NCBI RefSeq assembly: GCF_006345805.1
Contig: NC_043011.1
Location: 26,672,464 to 26,736,463 of the forward strand
Length of the DNA stretch: 64,000 nt
Direction of reading: 5' to 3'
From: Octopus sinensis
Taxonomy: Eukaryota
In this document: positions 60,574 through 64,000 of the stretch, one piece after another
Position numbering within the stretch: position 1 is the first letter of the stretch
How the letters are laid out: the number at the start of each line of letters is the position of its first letter
Notes under the pieces: generated by a model
What the model saw: the letters and a program-made list of their open reading frames with translations, nothing else
What the model was told of the DNA's origin: nothing
Databases searched by the model: none
Translations under genes and position numbers: made by a program

Positions 60574-62838
60574 GACCATACAGGAAGTGGTTGATTAATA
60601 TCAGGGAATCAAGTTGGAAGAAGATGGTTGAAAATGTGAGGTTGGTTGATAGCCAACAAAGAAGGAGAGAGGAGGTTATATCCCTTGTTAAGCATCTATG
60701 GCCTCCCTTGGCTACAGATTTTGAAATATACTGAGATAATATTTCTGTAATAAGTTTTACTTTTTGTCCTTTCCATAATGACTTTATTAATTACTAGTAT
60801 CTTAGCTTTATAATAATTACCTCTGCCTTAGCAAAGGCAGAGGGATCAATCCAGTACTGGAAGTATTATGATCTTATGTTGACTTTCAAGTCTTTCTTTG
60901 ATTATCTCCCTTGAAAGCATGCTCATAGTTTCCACTTAAGTTATGGCGGCATTGCTGTTTCCAAAGTTTTATTTTTGTTTCTCTGTTATTAATTTTACTT
61001 GCGTCTCTATCTTAGTAGAAACTGATGGATAAAGAAATCAAACTACATAAACAAACGGCAGCAAAACCGTTCAGGAATTGAATAATACTAATATATTCAG
61101 TAACAATAATAAATTTTATTTATCCTTGTCAATTTTTAGTTTTACCAATTTTGAATATATTGCTCCAGTTTAAAACCTCTTACCTACTTGACAATTGCAT
61201 TCCTAGCTCTGCCTTGAAAGAAGCTTTACTTCTTGTGCCACAACAATGTTGTTAAACCTCTGTTAACAGCACCGTATGCAGGTCCTTTCATGCACAGATA
61301 AATTTTTCACTATAGACCTTAATGGTTACAAAGATACTATATCAGTGGATAGACTAAAAAAGGCCTTCATAGAAAAACTGTTCCTATTCCCACTGCAGAC
61401 GACACATACACAGCATTACAAACACAGCCCGCACACCCACCTTCTTATTCCATGACTAGTATTGGGATTGATCAGGTACCAGACAAAGATTCTGGATTAT
61501 TTTTCTGTTTTTTTTTTATTAATTTTTGGTAGTGGTCAGGTTCATTTTTAGTAGTCTCGTTTGTGAGAGCAGTTGAGTTTATTTCAGATATTCTTATTTT
61601 AAAAATCATCTCCAGCTAATCATTGAGAGGATGTTGGTGTTGTCTTGGCACAGGTTTGCACTCTCTGAGTGCTCTTGTTAATATTAGTTCCATGAATTGT
61701 TGAGTCAGTTGTTTCACAGATGGATAACTTTCCTAATCCAGCTACTTGGTTCTTGTAGAATGGTTTTGTTTTAAATGTTCAGATTTGTTGACTGCTGTAA
61801 AAAGAGCACTTTCTTGGGTATGGGTACAGTTTAATGACAGTAGTTTTTCTTGTTTGTATTGCACTATCTTTTAATGCTGTGTGTTGTTCCTGTTTAGCTC
61901 CAGGTTCACTCTGGTAGTTGGCAGAATAACTATGTGCTGTCTACAGATCTATATTTTTGGTCATATCATATTTCTGTCTAAATGAGGACCTTACTACTCA
62001 TTTTGAAATGTAGTTGTTTTCTGGTGCTGTATTGAAATCTGAGCATGTTGTACTCTTCGCTGTTCAGCCGGTTTCCTCCTCCCTTTAAATTCTGGAGGTC
62101 ACCACAACTGAGGTGGGCAAGATGGACTTAGCCTGAATGTGATAGCTGCTGCTCTTCTGCATTTATTATTTGTTGCTTTACATCCCAAAACAATGTTTAG
62201 AGCTAACAATGCTATTGATGCTGTTGCTATTTTTGTGTGTGTATGTGTGTTTTATGATTGTCTGTTCTCAAAGGAAGATAAAAAGTCTTCTTAGGATGTT
62301 GAAGTACTCTTCTGGAGTTGGGTAGTTGTGTCTGTCTGGATGTTACTCTGCATGTAGTTTATAGTTGGGTGAAATTTTTGGCTGTTCCTTTGTATTTCAT
62401 ATTTTTCACATTAACTCAAGTAAGAGAATCCTATTGTAAAAATGTTTTTCTAGCAATCATATATTGCTTTATTGCCATTCATGAGATCCCTATTAGGCTC
62501 TAAAATTACTCTCCCTTGCAATAAACAATGCTATACAATTTTATTTCATATTCTTTTCCCACTCAGTAAAGAAAATTATTTTCAAGTTTGGCCTTATACT
62601 TTATAACTATGAATTTTATGCTTCAACTTTGATTCTCTACTGATCTTAACTATGTTTCTATTTGACATTTTTTAGCACCACAGTTCCATACATACAAGAA
62701 AACTTACCAAAAGACTCTAGATCATTGTGGAACCATCGAGGATCTGTGGACTATATTATTCTGATGGATCTTAGCTCTACAAAAGACAGTGTATTACCAG
62801 GCACACCATTGAAAACTCTTCAAGATGCTCTTTTTAAA
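49544..62838 (+). CDS. USP8: Ubiquitin carboxyl-terminal hydrolase 8 (UBPY), 5' partial: join(49544-49644,52769-52913,54846-54931,57779-57924,59477-59651,62676-62838), 272 codons, continues past the window
   Basis: All junctions GT-AG and in phase. N-terminus MPGVKPSKDLYLAKNIGDLNK parallels USP8 MPAV..KELYL...DLNK. N-terminal MIT/dimerisation helices (GDEEKAYVMYMRF) and rhodanese domain (IIIMDVRS..DY, SINVPSEIIPLG, W..RGSVDYIIL, LKTLQDALFK) are present. Confidence 0.96.
49718..50115 (+). mobile_element. tRNA-derived SINE family B, full-length young copy (about 20 further copies or fragments in the window)
   Basis: A box TGGCTGTGTGG, B box GGTTCAGTCC, central (TA)n(TG)n, tail CAGTCAAATGACTGAAACAAGTAAAGA. 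Other copies near 3275-3580(-), 10124-10500(+), 11600-11790(-), 12115-12700(-), 26505-26720(-), 27020-27305(+), 36375-36595(+), 42770-43145(+), 50580-50930(+), 51770-51930(+), 53785-54390(-), 63052-63215(+). Confidence 0.9.
52305..52648 (+). mobile_element. Helentron/DINE-1-type non-autonomous element (HINE-like)
   Basis: 5' palindrome ACCTCTGCCTT-agcg-AAGGCGGAGGT, (TTTG)n microsatellite, 3' sub-TIR GGAGGT and stem-loop GCACTC-tct-GAGTGC. Related copies at 47583-47808 (minus) and 60815-60850 / 61465-61680. Confidence 0.6.
52769..52913 (+). CDS. USP8: USP8 exon (AVKSAGRLLKEAELCENTGDEEKAYVMYMRFFNLITSIKRTAEYKKDE)
   Basis: Acceptor cttttcag, donor GAG|GTAAGT. Confidence 0.96.
53031..53250. mobile_element. 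220-bp piggyBac-type MITE of the same TIR family, inserted in a SINE B-box
   Basis: TTAA-CCCTTTCGTTACC ... GGTAACAAAGGGG-TTAA; the flanks rejoin as the SINE head ggtt(aa)atccc. Confidence 0.85.
54007..54232 (-). mobile_element. SINE family C nested in SINE family B, 15-bp TSD
   Basis: CTTCTTTCAGTTTCT at 53992-54006 and 54233-54247. Confidence 0.9.
54846..54931 (+). CDS. USP8: USP8 exon (PYYNNMIGSKNLKKAIKQAECLQKSLNYR)
   Basis: Acceptor cattatatcag, donor AG|GTGAGT. Confidence 0.95.
57779..57924 (+). CDS. USP8: USP8 exon, charged linker (YDFLKAQAYSEKLDTLKKERE...NLPDKS)
   Basis: Acceptor tttcacag, donor GTG|GTAAAT; phases fit the neighbouring exons. Confidence 0.9.
58569..58825. repeat. 257-bp fold-back (palindromic) repeat
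   Basis: TTGTTGTGTCTGGGGAGAGTCATTCTCTTTTAGTGCCTTATTATTTAACACACTCACTGGTAAAGTTTCCACTCATTTAC has an exact inverted copy at 58746-58825; centre TAGTCGACTA. Confidence 0.9.
59477..59651 (+). CDS. USP8: USP8 exon, rhodanese domain part 1
   Basis: Acceptor catttcag, donor GG|GTAAGG; IIIMDVRSAEDY motif. Confidence 0.96.
61170..61385 (+). pseudogene. Gypsy integrase C-terminal fragment
   Basis: TAPYAGPF, then after a frameshift TDKFFTIDLNGYKDTISVDRLKKAF; matches the PYxGP..K.F.I..NG..DTVSIDRLK motif of Gypsy integrases. Confidence 0.75.
62676..62838 (+). CDS. USP8: USP8 exon, rhodanese domain part 2
   Basis: Acceptor ttttttag, donor AAA|GTAGGT; TTVPYIQENLP...LQDALFK. Confidence 0.96.
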
Positions 62839-63210
62839 GTAGGTATCAAATTTGTGGTTATCACCTTACATTATCCCCATTCCATTTTCTTTCTTTTAGA
62901 GAACTCCTGTTTAGCTGTGATGTTCAGGAACAAAATCAAAAAAGAAACTCTGTCGTAACTAATGCAGATTTAGCTTTGAGTAAATGTTGATGTTACTGTG
63001 TGCCATGTAACAGTATTGCATGCTTTTTTTTTCTTTGCTTATCTTATAGGCACAGGGGTAGCCGTGTGGTAAGAAACCTGCTTCCCAACCATATGGTTCC
63101 GGATTCAGTCCCATGGTATGGCACCTTGGGCAAGTGTCTTCTACTATAGCCTCAGGCCGACCAAAGACTTGTGAGTGGATTTGGTAGATGGAAACTGAAA
63201 GAATCCTGTC

Positions 63211-63246
<36 letters not shown>

Positions 63247-63260
63247 ATATATATATATAT

Positions 63261-64000
63261 ACAGGGTTTGGAAAACATAATAGAAAGACCTTAAAATTTC
63301 AAACAAATTCATTTTACTATGGAGTAGGACCATCTTTGCAGTAATTACAGCTTGAATTCTACGAGATATGGACTCGTACAAAATTTGAATTGTTTCCAAA
63401 GTAATTTTTGTCCATTCTTCAGCTAAAACGATCTCCAGTTTTTGTAGTGATGATGTTGGAGGATATCAACTCCTTACTTGTTTTTCTAAAGTGCACCATA
63501 AATGTTCAATAATATTGAGATCTGGGGACTGTGGTGGTCAGATAAGATGTTCAACTTCACTAGAATGTTCCTTGTGCTATTCAGTGACAATTTTAGCTGT
63601 GTGAGTTGGTGCATTATTATCCTGAAAGATTGTGTTTCCCTCTGGAAACAGTTCTGCAACCATAGGATGAATTTGATCAGATAAAATGCTTAAATAGTCT
63701 TGACTATTAATTTTGACACGAAGGGAAACCATTGGGCTGGCGGATTTACAAGCTATAGCCCCCTAGATCATCACAGATCCTCCTCCATGTTTAACAGTTG
63801 GAAGAAGGCAGCCTGAGTCAAATGCTTTTTTTGGCTGTCTTCACACGTATACTTGGCCAGTGGTCAAGAATAAGGCAAAGGATGACTCGTCTGAGACAAT
63901 AACATTCTTCCACTGCTCTAGGGACCAATTCTGTAGGTTTTTACTCCACCCTAAATGCTTTGCAACGTCTGTTTTTGAAAGTAATGGTTTTCTGATTGCA
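63261..64000 (-). pseudogene. Tc1-family DD34E transposase relic (C-terminal part, runs off the window)
   Basis: Minus-strand translation: RKPLLSK..W..VIVSDESSF..PTVKHGGGSVMI*GAI..IFQDNNAPTHTAK..*PPQSPDLNIIEHLW..SISRRIQAVI; five in-frame stops; TA-CAGGG terminus near 63261. Confidence 0.92.

Noticed and set aside
62755-62775. USP8 rhodanese ILMDLSS instead of the usual LLDW.S
   Set aside because: A single substitution in a non-catalytic domain; no basis for a functional claim without an alignment.
3299-63399. Dozens of 60-155-aa ORFs in the track (e.g. 16315-16782, 22682-23098, 11191-11562, 30849-31169, 49696-49941)
   Set aside because: They are translations of SINE families A-C or microsatellites, recur as near-identical peptides, and many start at TTG/GTG.

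Overview
AT-rich, repeat-dense animal genomic DNA. The SINE families resemble those of octopus/cephalopods (recognition only, not a database result). Two spliced protein-coding genes are arranged divergently. (1) MYG1 exonuclease is complete on the minus strand: 8 coding exons from 26087 to 10522. All introns are GT-AG and in phase, the CDS is 1143 nt (380 aa), and it includes a small first exon encoding a mitochondrial-presequence-like peptide. (2) The 5' part of USP8/UBPY is on the plus strand: 6 coding exons from 49544 to 62838, covering the N-terminal MIT/dimerisation and rhodanese domains and continuing beyond the window. The rest is at least four SINE families, microsatellites, DNA-transposon derivatives (piggyBac, hAT, Tc1/mariner, Merlin-like, MULE/Foldback-like, Helentron-type) and retroelement relics (R4/Dong, Gypsy, Penelope-like). 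The most unusual structure is MYG1 intron 1 (20782-25986), largely built from nested fold-back elements. These are a tRNA-shaped hairpin, a TIR element with modular repeats, a 9-bp-TSD long-TIR element carrying two NRF1-type sites, and a 767-bp loopless palindrome. No CRISPR array or rRNA was seen. Almost all ORFs in the supplied track are translations of repeats. Functional interpretations below are hypotheses.
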